Shown one piece after another: positions 42,674-51,677 of a stretch of DNA of 64,000 nucleotides (the first letter of the stretch is position 1; each line of letters begins with the position of its first letter). This DNA comes from Candidatus Eiseniibacteriota bacterium (GTDB taxonomy: Bacteria > Eisenbacteria > RBG-16-71-46), in contig JBGAML010000004.1 of the NCBI GenBank assembly GCA_044223005.1, forward strand, positions 96,001 through 160,000, in the 5' to 3' direction. Below the pieces are notes generated by a model, which saw nothing but the letters and a program-made list of their open reading frames with translations, ran no database searches and was not told the origin of the DNA. Position numbers and translations under genes: made by a program.

Positions 42674-44718
42674 CAGGCGATCTTCGCCGCCGTGGCGACG
42701 GCGAACGCCTCCGGACGCTCGACCAGGCTGTCGCCGAGCTCGTTGGTGGTCACCAGGATCTGCCCCTTCCCGGCGAGGGTCACCACGTCGACCATGAACT
42801 CGAGCACACCCCAGTGGCCGAACGTGAGCGCGGTCCAATCGCCGAAGACGATGCCGTGCTCGTCGGCACCGGCGCCGAGCGACTTCGACACCTGGTTGGT
42901 CGACCCGGCGCGGTAGCCGGCGACCTGTCCGTCGCGGAAGGTGCCGTCCCAGATCGGGCGCGACCCGGCCACGGCGCCGAAGTCGAGGATCTGCTTCAGC
43001 TTCGCGGCCATGAGCGGCGTGGTCATGTAGCGCATCGAATCGCTGTCGGCGTTCGCATCCGCGATCGCGCCGCCGAGATCGACGAGCTTGCCGTAGGTCG
43101 GGACGGTGCCGCCGAAAGCGACCGTGCCGACGCCCGGCGTGTTGTAGATGCCCGTGGGCTCGCCATCCGTGCCGCGGCCGTGCAGGGCCATCTTGTCCCA
43201 CAGCCGCGAGTGCTTCGAGATCAGGCGGATGCGCGCGCGGCCCTCGATGTCGATCGCGGCCATGTTCATCAGCCGGCGCGGGAACAGCACCTGCGCCGCG
43301 GCTTCCTTCGGCGACAGCGTCCGCGTGCCGAAGTTGAGCTGCGACTGGGTGACGCCGTTCGCCGGGTTCTCGCCGATGAAGTACGCCGTCGGCTCGCCGG
43401 TCTCGACCGGGAACTGGATCGGCCCGGTCAGCCCCATCAGCGTCTGGGCGCCGAACGCGCTGCAGAGGCTGCGAGCCGTGAGGAGCTCGATCAGGTCGCC
43501 GGCGCTGTCGAACACGAGCTCGGCACCGCCGCCGGCGACGCCCGTGCCCATGGCGCGGACGCGCGAGGCGCGCTGCAGGTCGCGCTCGTAGCGCTCCTCC
43601 GGCGTGAGCAGGCTCATCGGCAGGAAGTGCCCGCCGATGCCGCGGTAGATGCTCGGCATCTGCCGGGCGAGTTCCTGGCTCACCTCGGCCTCGAGGCCGT
43701 CGAAGGTGCCGTTGCCTTCCTTCGCGGCGACCGCGCGCTGGAGCGCGCGCGCGATCGACACGCGCTGGCGGTCCTTCTTCGGGATCGCGTCGACGCGGAC
43801 CTCCGCGGGCGGCTGCGTCAGCGAGCCGCGCGTCACGCGCTCGTCGAAGATCTCGGCCTTCGCGCGGTCGAGCGAGTAGCCCTTCTCGATGAACTCGGCC
43901 GCGCGGGACTGCGGGACGCCGTGCGCGTCGCAGAAGCGGACGATGTCGGCCGGCGGCGTGCCGGCGGAGCGGGTCACGCTCACCCCGGCGGCGGTGGCGG
44001 CCGCGGCGGTCGTCTCCGGCCCCGGGGCCGCAGGGGCGGCCGGGCTGGCCGCGGGCGCAGCGTGGGTGATCGTGTCCGGCATCTTCGGTTCCTCCTGGCT
44101 GGTGGTGGCGGGTGCGTCGATCTCGTCTTCGGTCTCGACGTAGCACCCTTCAGCGCCGGCACCGCGTGCGATGCCGGCATTCGGGTCGGCGGGGATGCCG
44201 ACGATGGAGAACTCCTCGGGCCGCCAGCGCGTGTACGTGACGGTGTCGAGGGCGTTGGGGTCGGCGTTGTCGCGCGTGACCTTGCGGCGGATCGGGAACG
44301 CGCGAATCGAGCCGAACTTCAGCGTCTTGCCGAAGTCGGCCTTCGTGCGCTGCGCGAGCTCGTGGCTGGAGAAGAAGAGGTCGCCCTCGAGGCGGCGCGC
44401 GTCGGTGCGCGTGATGTTCTCGACGATGCCGACATGCAGCGCCGGATCGGGCGTCGGCCGGTAGGGATAGCCCCCATGCTCGAGGTAGACCGAGAGCCCG
44501 TTGCGGGCGAGGCTCATGTCGATCGCGCCCGCGGCGTGGCTCAGGATCTCCTGGCCCATGAAGGTGTCGCAGGGCGTCTCCGTGCTGAGGATGACGTGGA
44601 AGCCTTCCTCGGTCGCGCCGTCGCCGCCCGCGGCCGCGCGCGTGATGGGATTCGCCTCGAGCAGCTCGAAGTGGAAGTGCTTCGGGACCTTCGTCTTCTT
44701 GGCTTCGGTCGTCGGCAT
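42673..44718 (-). CDS. Prohead protease-major capsid fusion (HK97 fold)
   Basis: N-terminal protease (EILSH, WRPEEFSIVGIPADP), Pro/Ala linker, capsid domain (GGGAELV, GRGTDGEPTGIYN, IVFGDW). Confidence 0.92.
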   Translation of the reverse strand: MPTTEAKKTKVPKHFHFELLEANPITRAAAGGDGATEEGFHVILSTETPCDTFMGQEILSHAAGAIDMSLARNGLSVYLEHGGYPYRPTPDPALHVGIVENITRTDARRLEGDLFFSSHELAQRTKADFGKTLKFGSIRAFPIRRKVTRDNADPNALDTVTYTRWRPEEFSIVGIPADPNAGIARGAGAEGCYVETEDEIDAPATTSQEEPKMPDTITHAAPAASPAAPAAPGPETTAAAATAAGVSVTRSAGTPPADIVRFCDAHGVPQSRAAEFIEKGYSLDRAKAEIFDERVTRGSLTQPPAEVRVDAIPKKDRQRVSIARALQRAVAAKEGNGTFDGLEAEVSQELARQMPSIYRGIGGHFLPMSLLTPEERYERDLQRASRVRAMGTGVAGGGAELVFDSAGDLIELLTARSLCSAFGAQTLMGLTGPIQFPVETGEPTAYFIGENPANGVTQSQLNFGTRTLSPKEAAAQVLFPRRLMNMAAIDIEGRARIRLISKHSRLWDKMALHGRGTDGEPTGIYNTPGVGTVAFGGTVPTYGKLVDLGGAIADANADSDSMRYMTTPLMAAKLKQILDFGAVAGSRPIWDGTFRDGQVAGYRAGSTNQVSKSLGAGADEHGIVFGDWTALTFGHWGVLEFMVDVVTLAGKGQILVTTNELGDSLVERPEAFAVATAAKIA

Positions 44719-44736
44719 CGTTCGGGGTCCTCGTGC

Positions 44737-45177
44737 CTACGCACTCACGGAAACGTTGTTGGAGATGCCGCTCATGTTCCCGGCGGCGTCCTTGAAGCGG
44801 ATCGCGACGAAGTAGGTCTGGCCGGGGATGCCGGGTAGGGTCGTCGCCTCCGAGCCGACGCCTCCAGCGACCCAGTCCGGATGCACGGTCGCGATCGACG
44901 CCCACGGGCCGACGAGCAGCGTCGCGGCGTTCCAGTCGGCGTCACTGGTAATGGTGGCGCCGATGCGGAAGCGGATCTCGTACTGGGACGCGACCGGAGC
45001 GCTGAACGCGTTGTCGCCAGGAACGGTGAAGGAAACGTCGAGCTCGCTCCCGTCCCAGAGATCCTGGGCGAGATCCGACACGGTTCCGGGCGGCGTCACG
45101 TCGCCGCCGCCGCCGACGAAGGGCATCCGGCGGATCGCGACCTGCACCATTCCGAGGCCGAGACCGACCATCATCAT
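44737..45177 (-). CDS. Head fibre/spike protein with FN3-like domain
   Basis: MVGLGLG start; DVTPPGTVSDL...PGDN...YEIR...YFVAIRFKDAAGN. Confidence 0.7.
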   Translation of the reverse strand: MMMVGLGLGMVQVAIRRMPFVGGGGDVTPPGTVSDLAQDLWDGSELDVSFTVPGDNAFSAPVASQYEIRFRIGATITSDADWNAATLLVGPWASIATVHPDWVAGGVGSEATTLPGIPGQTYFVAIRFKDAAGNMSGISNNVSVSA

Positions 45178-45479
45178 CAGTCCAGTGCCACGATGTTGGT
45201 GGCCGTCGTGCCGGTGGCACGCACGCGCTTGGTCCGGATGGCGAGCGTCTGGCCGGCGGGAACGGCCTTGAACACGATCGACGTTCCGGTGTCGACCATG
45301 TCGACGCAGACGTCGCCAGCGCCGCCGACGTAGAGCGCGCGTCCCCAGAATCCGTAGTCCGTGGAATCGTTGGGCGTGATCGCCTGCGCGCGCGTCGCGG
45401 GCCAGTCGATGCCGCCGGCGCGCTGGCTGTCGGCGTACTGCGCGTTGAAGCGGTCGCTCGTGCTGACCGGAAGTGCCAT
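45177..45479 (-). CDS. Head spike base protein (RcGTA Rcc01079-like)
   Basis: AITPNDSTD...RALYVGGAGDV...FKAVPAG...RVRATGTTATNIVAL. Confidence 0.8.
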   Translation of the reverse strand: MALPVSTSDRFNAQYADSQRAGGIDWPATRAQAITPNDSTDYGFWGRALYVGGAGDVCVDMVDTGTSIVFKAVPAGQTLAIRTKRVRATGTTATNIVALD

Positions 45480-45571
45480 CGGAGACCTCGTCTCGTTCGA
45501 AGCGGCGGCGCTGGGATTTCGCGCCGGATGCAGCGGACGAGGTCCACCGTTCACGAACGGCAAGCGGATTG

Positions 45572-45594
45572 CCATTACAGTAAATCTGTAATGG
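45572..45594. promoter_or_regulatory. AT-rich perfect inverted repeat between divergent head genes
   Basis: CCATTACAG-taaat-CTGTAATGG. Confidence 0.6.
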
Positions 45595-45628
45595 ACCGCG
45601 CGACCGGACCCGTGCCTAAGGTCGGCCC

Positions 45629-46174
45629 ATGAGCGACCTGACGGCACTCCCCGAGTCGATCGTCGCGGGCACGACGGTCGAGTACACGCTTTCGCTGCCC
45701 GACTATCCGGCGAGCGCGGGTTGGACCTTGAAGCTCTACCTCGCGGGCATCTCCACGCTCGCGAAGGACGCGGTCGCGAGCGGCGACGACTTCACGGTGA
45801 CGCTTATCGACGGCGACACGGGGAATCTCGCGCCCGGCGTCTACCAGTTCGCACACCGCGTCGCGATGGCCGGCAAGACCTACCAGGTCGAGTGCGGCAG
45901 CGTAACCGTGGAGCCGAACATCGGCACCGCGGCGGACGGAGATCTCGCGAGCTGGGAGGAGCAGGCCCTGACCGCCGTGCGCGCCGCGATCAAGGGCGGC
46001 CTCTCGCGCGGCATGGCCGAGTTCCAGATCCTCGGGCGCGCCGTGAAGTACTTCACGCCCCGCGAGCTCCGCGAAACCGAGCTCTGGCTCTCGCGGAAGG
46101 TCGCCGCACGGCAGGGTCGCGCCAGCGGGCTTGGCCGCCAGCATCGCATCAGCTTCGCACCCCGGGAGGAGTAG
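45629..46174 (+). CDS. Head-to-tail adaptor (gpW-like C-terminus)
   Basis: LPDYPASAGWTL...AEFQILGRAVKYF...ELRE; directly precedes the portal gene. Confidence 0.75.
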   Translation: MSDLTALPESIVAGTTVEYTLSLPDYPASAGWTLKLYLAGISTLAKDAVASGDDFTVTLIDGDTGNLAPGVYQFAHRVAMAGKTYQVECGSVTVEPNIGTAADGDLASWEEQALTAVRAAIKGGLSRGMAEFQILGRAVKYFTPRELRETELWLSRKVAARQGRASGLGRQHRISFAPREE

Positions 46175-47905
46175 ATGGCCGAGATGACGCAGGGCGCAGG
46201 ATCGGGCGCGGACGCCGGTGCCGCGGTCAGCGGGCGGAGCCGCTTCGCGCGCGCCGCGCGCGCCGCCTGGCGCGAACTGCGCGGCGCGGGGCGCAGCGCC
46301 GCGGCTCCGGTCGCCGAGCCCGCCGCACCCGCCCGGACGCGCCGAGTGGCGCGCGCGAGCTACCACGCCGCCGACGAGGGACGGCTGCGGCAGGACTGGC
46401 GCGTCGGGAACTACTCGGCTGACCAGGAGATTCGGCGCGCGATCGCGCTGGCGCGCGCGCGGGCCCGCGACCTCGCGCGAAATAACCCCTACGTGGGCCG
46501 CTATCTCGGGCTGCTCTCGGCGAACGTCCTGGGATCGACGGGCATCTCGCACAAGGCGCAGGTCCGTCGTCCCGACGGCTCGCTGGATGAGGTGGTGAAC
46601 GACTACCTCGAGGAGAGGTGGCAGACCTGGACGCGTGGGCCCGTGTCCGTCTCGGGTCGGCTCTCGCTGCGGCCATTCCAGTCGCTGCAGCTCGAGGAGG
46701 TGGCCGTCAGCGGCGAAGCGTTCACGCGCACCGTCGTCGGTCGCGAGTTCCCGGATGGACTGGCGTTGCTCGAGGTGGATCCCGACCTCGTCGCGGAGAC
46801 GATCGAGCGCCGCGCGCAACGCGACGGCAGCGAGGTGCGCATGGGCGTCGAGGTCGACGCGCGGGGGCGACGGGTGGCCTATCACATCTGGGACTGGCCG
46901 GACTACGTGCCGGGCGCCACGATGCGCGGCCTGAACCGCGTGCCGGCGTCCGAGATCCTCCACCACTACCGGCAGCGCCGCGCGCACCAGACCCGCGGCT
47001 TCAGCTGGATCGCGCCGGTCATGCTCGACATCCAGGACCTCGCCGGCTACGACGAGTCGGTGATCCTCGGCGCGCGCGCGGGCGCGAACCAGATGGCGTT
47101 CGTGAGCTGGAAAGACCCCTCGCTCGCGGCCGTATCGACCGAGGACGACGACCGCAAGCCGCTCGAGCTGGAGCTGGCCCCGCTGACCGTGACGGAGCTT
47201 GAGCCGGGGCAGGAGGTCCAGCCCTTCAATCCCTCACAGCCGAGCGACGTCTACGCCGACTTCACCAAGGGCGTGCAGCGCCGGATCGCCACCGGCCTGC
47301 AGGTCGCCTACGCATCGCTCACCGGCGACCTGCGGGACGTGAACTACTCGAGCACCAAGGTCGGCATCGCGGCCGAGCGGGAGATGTGGAAGGACCTCCA
47401 GCAGTGGTGGATCGAGTCCTTCCTGCAGCCGCTGTACCTCAAGTGGCTGGAGACGGCGTGGCTCTCCGGTGCGCTCAAGCTCCCCGGGGGCGACTGGCGC
47501 GCCTACACTGCGGTCGAGTGGGTGCCGCGCGGCTGGCCGTGGATCGAACCGCAGCGCGAGGCCGGCGCGGCGAAGGACGAGGTCGCACTCGGCATCAGCT
47601 CGCGCCAGCGGATCCACCAGGAGCAGGGCACGAACTTCTTCGACGTGCTCGAGGAGCTCGCCCAGGAGAAGAAGGCGGCCGAGGATCTGGGGATCTCGAT
47701 CGACCCGCCGGCGTCGGCCGGCGGCTCGTCCCCGGCGGCGGATCCGCAGGGCTCCGGAACGCAGGACGGCGCCGATGGCGAGGGGAGCGCCGCGGCGTCT
47801 GAGGGGGACGGCGCTGCCGCGCGCACGGCGGCCCGTCCCGCCTCAACGCGCAACCGGATCCGGTCGGCGATGAACGGCCACGCGATCTCGCGGGGGCCGG
47901 CGTAA
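46175..47905 (+). CDS. Phage portal protein, lambda family
   Basis: RARARDLARNNPY, GVEVDARGRRVAYH, QTRG, LTGDLRDVNYSS, RGWPWIEP. Confidence 0.95.
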   Translation: MAEMTQGAGSGADAGAAVSGRSRFARAARAAWRELRGAGRSAAAPVAEPAAPARTRRVARASYHAADEGRLRQDWRVGNYSADQEIRRAIALARARARDLARNNPYVGRYLGLLSANVLGSTGISHKAQVRRPDGSLDEVVNDYLEERWQTWTRGPVSVSGRLSLRPFQSLQLEEVAVSGEAFTRTVVGREFPDGLALLEVDPDLVAETIERRAQRDGSEVRMGVEVDARGRRVAYHIWDWPDYVPGATMRGLNRVPASEILHHYRQRRAHQTRGFSWIAPVMLDIQDLAGYDESVILGARAGANQMAFVSWKDPSLAAVSTEDDDRKPLELELAPLTVTELEPGQEVQPFNPSQPSDVYADFTKGVQRRIATGLQVAYASLTGDLRDVNYSSTKVGIAAEREMWKDLQQWWIESFLQPLYLKWLETAWLSGALKLPGGDWRAYTAVEWVPRGWPWIEPQREAGAAKDEVALGISSRQRIHQEQGTNFFDVLEELAQEKKAAEDLGISIDPPASAGGSSPAADPQGSGTQDGADGEGSAAASEGDGAAARTAARPASTRNRIRSAMNGHAISRGPA

Positions 47906-47950
47906 GGAAGTCAACGACATCCTTGCATCGCCGCCCCCGCCCGAGATCCA

Positions 47951-49912
47951 TTACTTCCGCCAGCTCCTGAGCCACCCGCCGCGCTTGCGACGGGGATTCG
48001 GGTTCGCGCGGGGGGCCGCAGGCGGCTCCGGCTCCGGAATCGCATCGTCCGCGTCGTGCAGGTTCGGATCCGGCGGGGCGAGCTCGTCCGACTCTTCGTC
48101 CGCCGGCGTCGGCTCCGGCGGATCGAGGGGCAGCGTGCGCACCGAGAATCGCGCCGCGCGGCCGCCGAGCGTGCGGATGAACGGCTCGCCGAGGATCTTC
48201 AGCGCCGCCAGACAGTAGACCTCGAGGTCGAGCGCTTCATTGCGATCGCGGATCTTCTCCCATACGCGCCGGAAGCCCTTGCCCTTGACGAACCGCGGGA
48301 AGCACCGCTCGGCCGTGAGCTCGTCGATGTAGGCCTTGTCGACCCACTCCGGCAGGTGCATGAAGCCGGGCCCTGGACTCGACATGCGAAGCCGCGCACC
48401 GATCGTGTCCTTGCCCGTGTTGACGCAGAGCGTGTAGAGGCGTGCGTTGTAGGAGTTGTTCGCGGTCGGGCGGCCGACGAGCGGGATGCCGTAGCTCTGG
48501 CCGCCGCGAACGGCGTAGACCTTCCGGCCGATGCGGGCGCGCGTGAACTGGTAGACGACGTCGGCCTTGAAGTTGGAGTCGACCGCGACGCAGGCGATCC
48601 GCATCCGCTGCCCGCTCACGTGCTGCCAGCTCTGGAGCAGGATGTTCTGGTCGAGCTCGAGCCACGCCCTGGGATCCTCGGGTTTCTCGAACGGGATGTG
48701 CCCGTAGCCGATCAGCCAGGACTCCTCGCCGGCGCCGTAGCCCTTGATCTTCCATACCAGCCGGTCGCCCTGGACGTCGACGCCGGCGACGAGCACGCCC
48801 ACGCCGTCGGGAACCTCGGCGCCATAGCGCTCCGTCGCGCGCGCAAGGAGCACGTTCTCATCGATCTCCTCGTTGTCGTCGCGCCACGTCTCTGCGAGCC
48901 GGGTGTTGACCCAGGTGATGCGGTTGGGGACGTCCCCGTCGCTCTCCTTGTGCTCCTGCACGATCGTGGCCCAGCTACACCAGCCGAGCGGCGAGTACAG
49001 GGACGAGAGGTGATAGCTCAACGTGCCGTTCTGGCTCTCGGCGCTAGGAACCCAGTGTGCGCCGTTCGCGGGATCGAACATCCACGTCTTCCAGCGCTCC
49101 TCGATGCGCTCTTCACAGTGAGGGCAGACCCAGACCGGGTGATCGGGATCGTGGGCGTAGAGGATCGACTGCCAGCGAATCCAGTCGAACGCGCCGCAGC
49201 CGGGGCACGGCACGTGGTAGTGGCGCTGATCGCCGAGGAGGAACTGCTTCTCGATCGCCGAGTGCCCGCGGACCGTCGGGGTCGAGAGGATCAGCTCCTT
49301 GCTGTTGGCGGAGAAGTTCGTCATGCGCTTCTCCGCGAGCGAGAGCGGCGCGCCCTCGCCGTCGACGTTGTCGGGGAAAGCGTCGAGCTCGTCGACCACC
49401 AGGTAGCGGATCGGGCGCCGGCGAAGCGCCGCGGCGGAGTTCGCGCCCGTGAAGGCGATGAACCCGCCCGTGAACTTCTTGTAGAGGATCTTGTTCTCGC
49501 CCTGCCGCGAGCGGTTGGCGCTGAAGAGCTCGGCGATCTGTGGGCTGGCCGCGATCGAGGGCGCGACGCGCTCGACGGACCACGACTCGGCGTCCTCGGC
49601 GCGTGGCGCGACGCACAGCATGGGTCCCGGCGCGAATTTGGGGACGTAGAGGATGAAGTTGTTGGCGAACTCCGTCTTGCCGATCTGGCTGCCGGCCATG
49701 ACGACCACGCGGCGCGCGGGATGGCGCACGGAGAGCGCGTTCGCGGGCTCGATCCAGTAGGGCGTGCGGTTGGGATTGTAGCGAGCCGCCTCGGGGCCGC
49801 TGCCGGACGGGAGCTGCCGGAACCGCTCGGCGGACTCCATCACCGTCATGTAGGGATCAGCCTGCCAGCCCTCGCGCCAGGCGCGGGCGAAGACCTCAGC
49901 CGCGCGTCCCAT
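47951..49912 (-). CDS. Terminase large subunit (lambda GpA family)
   Basis: RTPYW, AGSQIGKTE, DELDAF, STPT, VPCPGC, GVDVQGDR, RNEALD. Confidence 0.96.
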   Translation of the reverse strand: MGRAAEVFARAWREGWQADPYMTVMESAERFRQLPSGSGPEAARYNPNRTPYWIEPANALSVRHPARRVVVMAGSQIGKTEFANNFILYVPKFAPGPMLCVAPRAEDAESWSVERVAPSIAASPQIAELFSANRSRQGENKILYKKFTGGFIAFTGANSAAALRRRPIRYLVVDELDAFPDNVDGEGAPLSLAEKRMTNFSANSKELILSTPTVRGHSAIEKQFLLGDQRHYHVPCPGCGAFDWIRWQSILYAHDPDHPVWVCPHCEERIEERWKTWMFDPANGAHWVPSAESQNGTLSYHLSSLYSPLGWCSWATIVQEHKESDGDVPNRITWVNTRLAETWRDDNEEIDENVLLARATERYGAEVPDGVGVLVAGVDVQGDRLVWKIKGYGAGEESWLIGYGHIPFEKPEDPRAWLELDQNILLQSWQHVSGQRMRIACVAVDSNFKADVVYQFTRARIGRKVYAVRGGQSYGIPLVGRPTANNSYNARLYTLCVNTGKDTIGARLRMSSPGPGFMHLPEWVDKAYIDELTAERCFPRFVKGKGFRRVWEKIRDRNEALDLEVYCLAALKILGEPFIRTLGGRAARFSVRTLPLDPPEPTPADEESDELAPPDPNLHDADDAIPEPEPPAAPRANPNPRRKRGGWLRSWRK

Positions 49913-50192
49913 CGGCGGCCTCCGGAGCGTGCATGGCGCGCCAGCGATTCATGGCGGCGACGAGCGCGTGGCGGTCCACCTCGACGGCGCCAGCGGCGAC
50001 CGCCCGAGCGCGCCAGCGCGGCGACAGGTCGAAGTGCGGGATGCTCGCCCGCGCCTGGAACCACGTCATCGGCAAGCCGATCGCACGCGCGAAATCGAGC
50101 AGCTCGCCGACGTCATGGTCGGACATCAGGTGGCAGGATTTCCGGCCGCCCCAGGGCGTCGCGCAGGCGAAGAGGGCGTCGACGACAATCAT
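49896..50192 (-). CDS. DUF4031-like protein
   Basis: MIVVD...CHLMSD...ELLDFARAIGL...WFQ...PHFDL...RARAVAAGA. Confidence 0.75.
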   Translation of the reverse strand: MIVVDALFACATPWGGRKSCHLMSDHDVGELLDFARAIGLPMTWFQARASIPHFDLSPRWRARAVAAGAVEVDRHALVAAMNRWRAMHAPEAADGTRG

Positions 50193-50422
50193 GGCCACCG
50201 CGGGTCCTGGTCGAGTTGGTGCGCGACCCGCTCGAGCTCTTCGACGACCTGCGCCGCGGTGTAGCCGGAGACGACCTGCGCGGTGTCGAACAGCATGACG
50301 GTCCAGCCGCCGGCGGCGCCGCACATCTCGTTGCCTCGCCGCACCGGCTCCCAGTGCAGCTGGCGAATGCCGAGCCCGAGGCGCCGCGCCGCGCTTTCGA
50401 TCTTGCGGGTGTTGAAGCTCAC
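50189..50422 (-). CDS. Hypothetical phage protein
   Basis: GTGA/ATGA coupling at both ends. Confidence 0.6.
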   Translation of the reverse strand: MSFNTRKIESAARRLGLGIRQLHWEPVRRGNEMCGAAGGWTVMLFDTAQVVSGYTAAQVVEELERVAHQLDQDPRWP

Positions 50423-51081
50423 GACGCCTCCCGCTCGCCGGGCCCGGGATCCTCCGGCGACGTCGACTCGGAATCGTCTTCGCCGGCCGTGACGGCGTTC
50501 ACGAGCTCTTCGCGGAGCCGTTCGTGCTCGCCGGTGATGAGCTCGTGGATGCGCGCCTGGTCGGTGAGTCCGACCAGCTGGGGCGCGAGCCGATCGGCCA
50601 GCGTCTGCATGAGGTCGCGCGCCTTGCGGATCGCGTTGTAGGCGACGTCGTAGTACTCCTCGCCGTCCAGCAGTCGGCGCTCGTCGATCAGCCGCTCGCG
50701 TTTCAGGCGCTGCGCGGCCTCCCACTCGCGCAGCGTCTTCGCTTTGACGAACGTCATGTCCTCCGGCATGCCGGCGGCGTCCGGGGCCGATGCGCTCGAG
50801 CTCGCGGCGCCGCTCTCGGGATCTGCGGGGACGGCCGCCTCGACAGGCAGACCGGTCCCGGGCCGACTCGGGTCGGTGTTGGTCGCCCAGGCGCGGTCCG
50901 CGGCCGCGACGTCGATCCGGCCATCCGCGCCCACCGGGATCCGGCGCGACCGCACCGCCTTCGTCACGGCCGCGCGCGAGACCCGGCGATGACGCGCATA
51001 CTCCGCGCGGGTCATCGTCGTCGGGACCTTCGGCTTCGCGGCCTGGCGTCGCGGCCGCTTCCGTGCGGGGCGCTTGGGCAT
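50419..51081 (-). CDS. Terminase small subunit (Nu1-like)
   Basis: wHTH MTRAEYARHRRVSRAAVTKAV...GRIDVAAADRAW; coiled coil; upstream of terL. Confidence 0.85.
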   Translation of the reverse strand: MPKRPARKRPRRQAAKPKVPTTMTRAEYARHRRVSRAAVTKAVRSRRIPVGADGRIDVAAADRAWATNTDPSRPGTGLPVEAAVPADPESGAASSSASAPDAAGMPEDMTFVKAKTLREWEAAQRLKRERLIDERRLLDGEEYYDVAYNAIRKARDLMQTLADRLAPQLVGLTDQARIHELITGEHERLREELVNAVTAGEDDSESTSPEDPGPGEREAS

Positions 51082-51090
51082 GGGCGAGCG

Positions 51091-51345
51091 CTACGACGCG
51101 TCGGGCGGAAGGGACGTGACGGGCACGCTGACCAGCTTCAGGAGCTCCTCGAGTCGACTCTCCTGTTCATCGATCTTCTGGTCGAGAACGACGATCGCCT
51201 TCGCCTTCTCGGCATTGAGCTCGGCGAGGCGCGTCACCCGGATCCGGATCGCGCGGCGCAGGTCCTCGGCGTCGCGGATTCGCCCCGTGACGCCGGCAGG
51301 TTTCGCGCCGATCTCTGCGACGTACTGCGGAGGGACTTCGCTCAT
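51091..51345 (-). CDS. Small coiled-coil hypothetical protein
   Basis: GGAGGA RBS; ATGA overlap. Confidence 0.6.
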   Translation of the reverse strand: MSEVPPQYVAEIGAKPAGVTGRIRDAEDLRRAIRIRVTRLAELNAEKAKAIVVLDQKIDEQESRLEELLKLVSVPVTSLPPDAS

Positions 51346-51548
51346 GTCCTGATCTCCTCCAGATCTGCGCACCGAATCCGCCGCGTGGGTCCGGGCGATT
51401 CGATCCGCGCCATGCGGATGCGGGCGCCGCGGCCCCAGCCAGATCCGGAAACTTCGTCGAACACTTCGATCACCACGCCCTCGAGGCCGAGAAAGGGTCC
51501 CCGGGCAACCCGCACGCGCATGCCGAGCTTCACGTCGAAAGTCCTCAC
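51342..51548 (-). CDS. KOW-motif small protein
   Basis: GMRVRVARGPFLGLEGVVIEV; GGAGG RBS right after the pentamer array. Confidence 0.65.
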   Translation of the reverse strand: MRTFDVKLGMRVRVARGPFLGLEGVVIEVFDEVSGSGWGRGARIRMARIESPGPTRRIRCADLEEIRT

Positions 51549-51565
51549 GCGCCGCGCGCCTCCGT

Positions 51566-51677
51566 TGTCCTTGCCTGCCTGGCCTTGCCACGCCTTGCCA
51601 CGAACGGCGATGCCGAACCTTGCCCGCCGAGCCTTGCCTTGCTGCGCCACGCCATGCCTAACCGCGCCTTGCCTGCC
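51566..51677 (-). ncRNA. GGY-NN pentamer array, candidate guide-like RNA (two 49-nt units)
   Basis: Minus strand: GGCA GGCAA GGCGC GGTTA GGCAT GGCGT GGCGC AGCAA GGCAA GGCTC / GGCG GGCAA GGTTC GGCAT CGCCG TTCGT GGCAA GGCGT GGCAA GGCCA / GGCA GGCAA GGACA. The repeat is certain; RNA status is inferred. Confidence 0.75.

Noticed and set aside
51566..51677. Array as a canonical CRISPR, or as coding sequence (track ORFs 51342-51650, 51545-52159)
   Set aside because: No 23-50 bp repeats with unique spacers. A 5-nt period does not fit codons, and the KOW ORF has its own RBS and GTG after the array.
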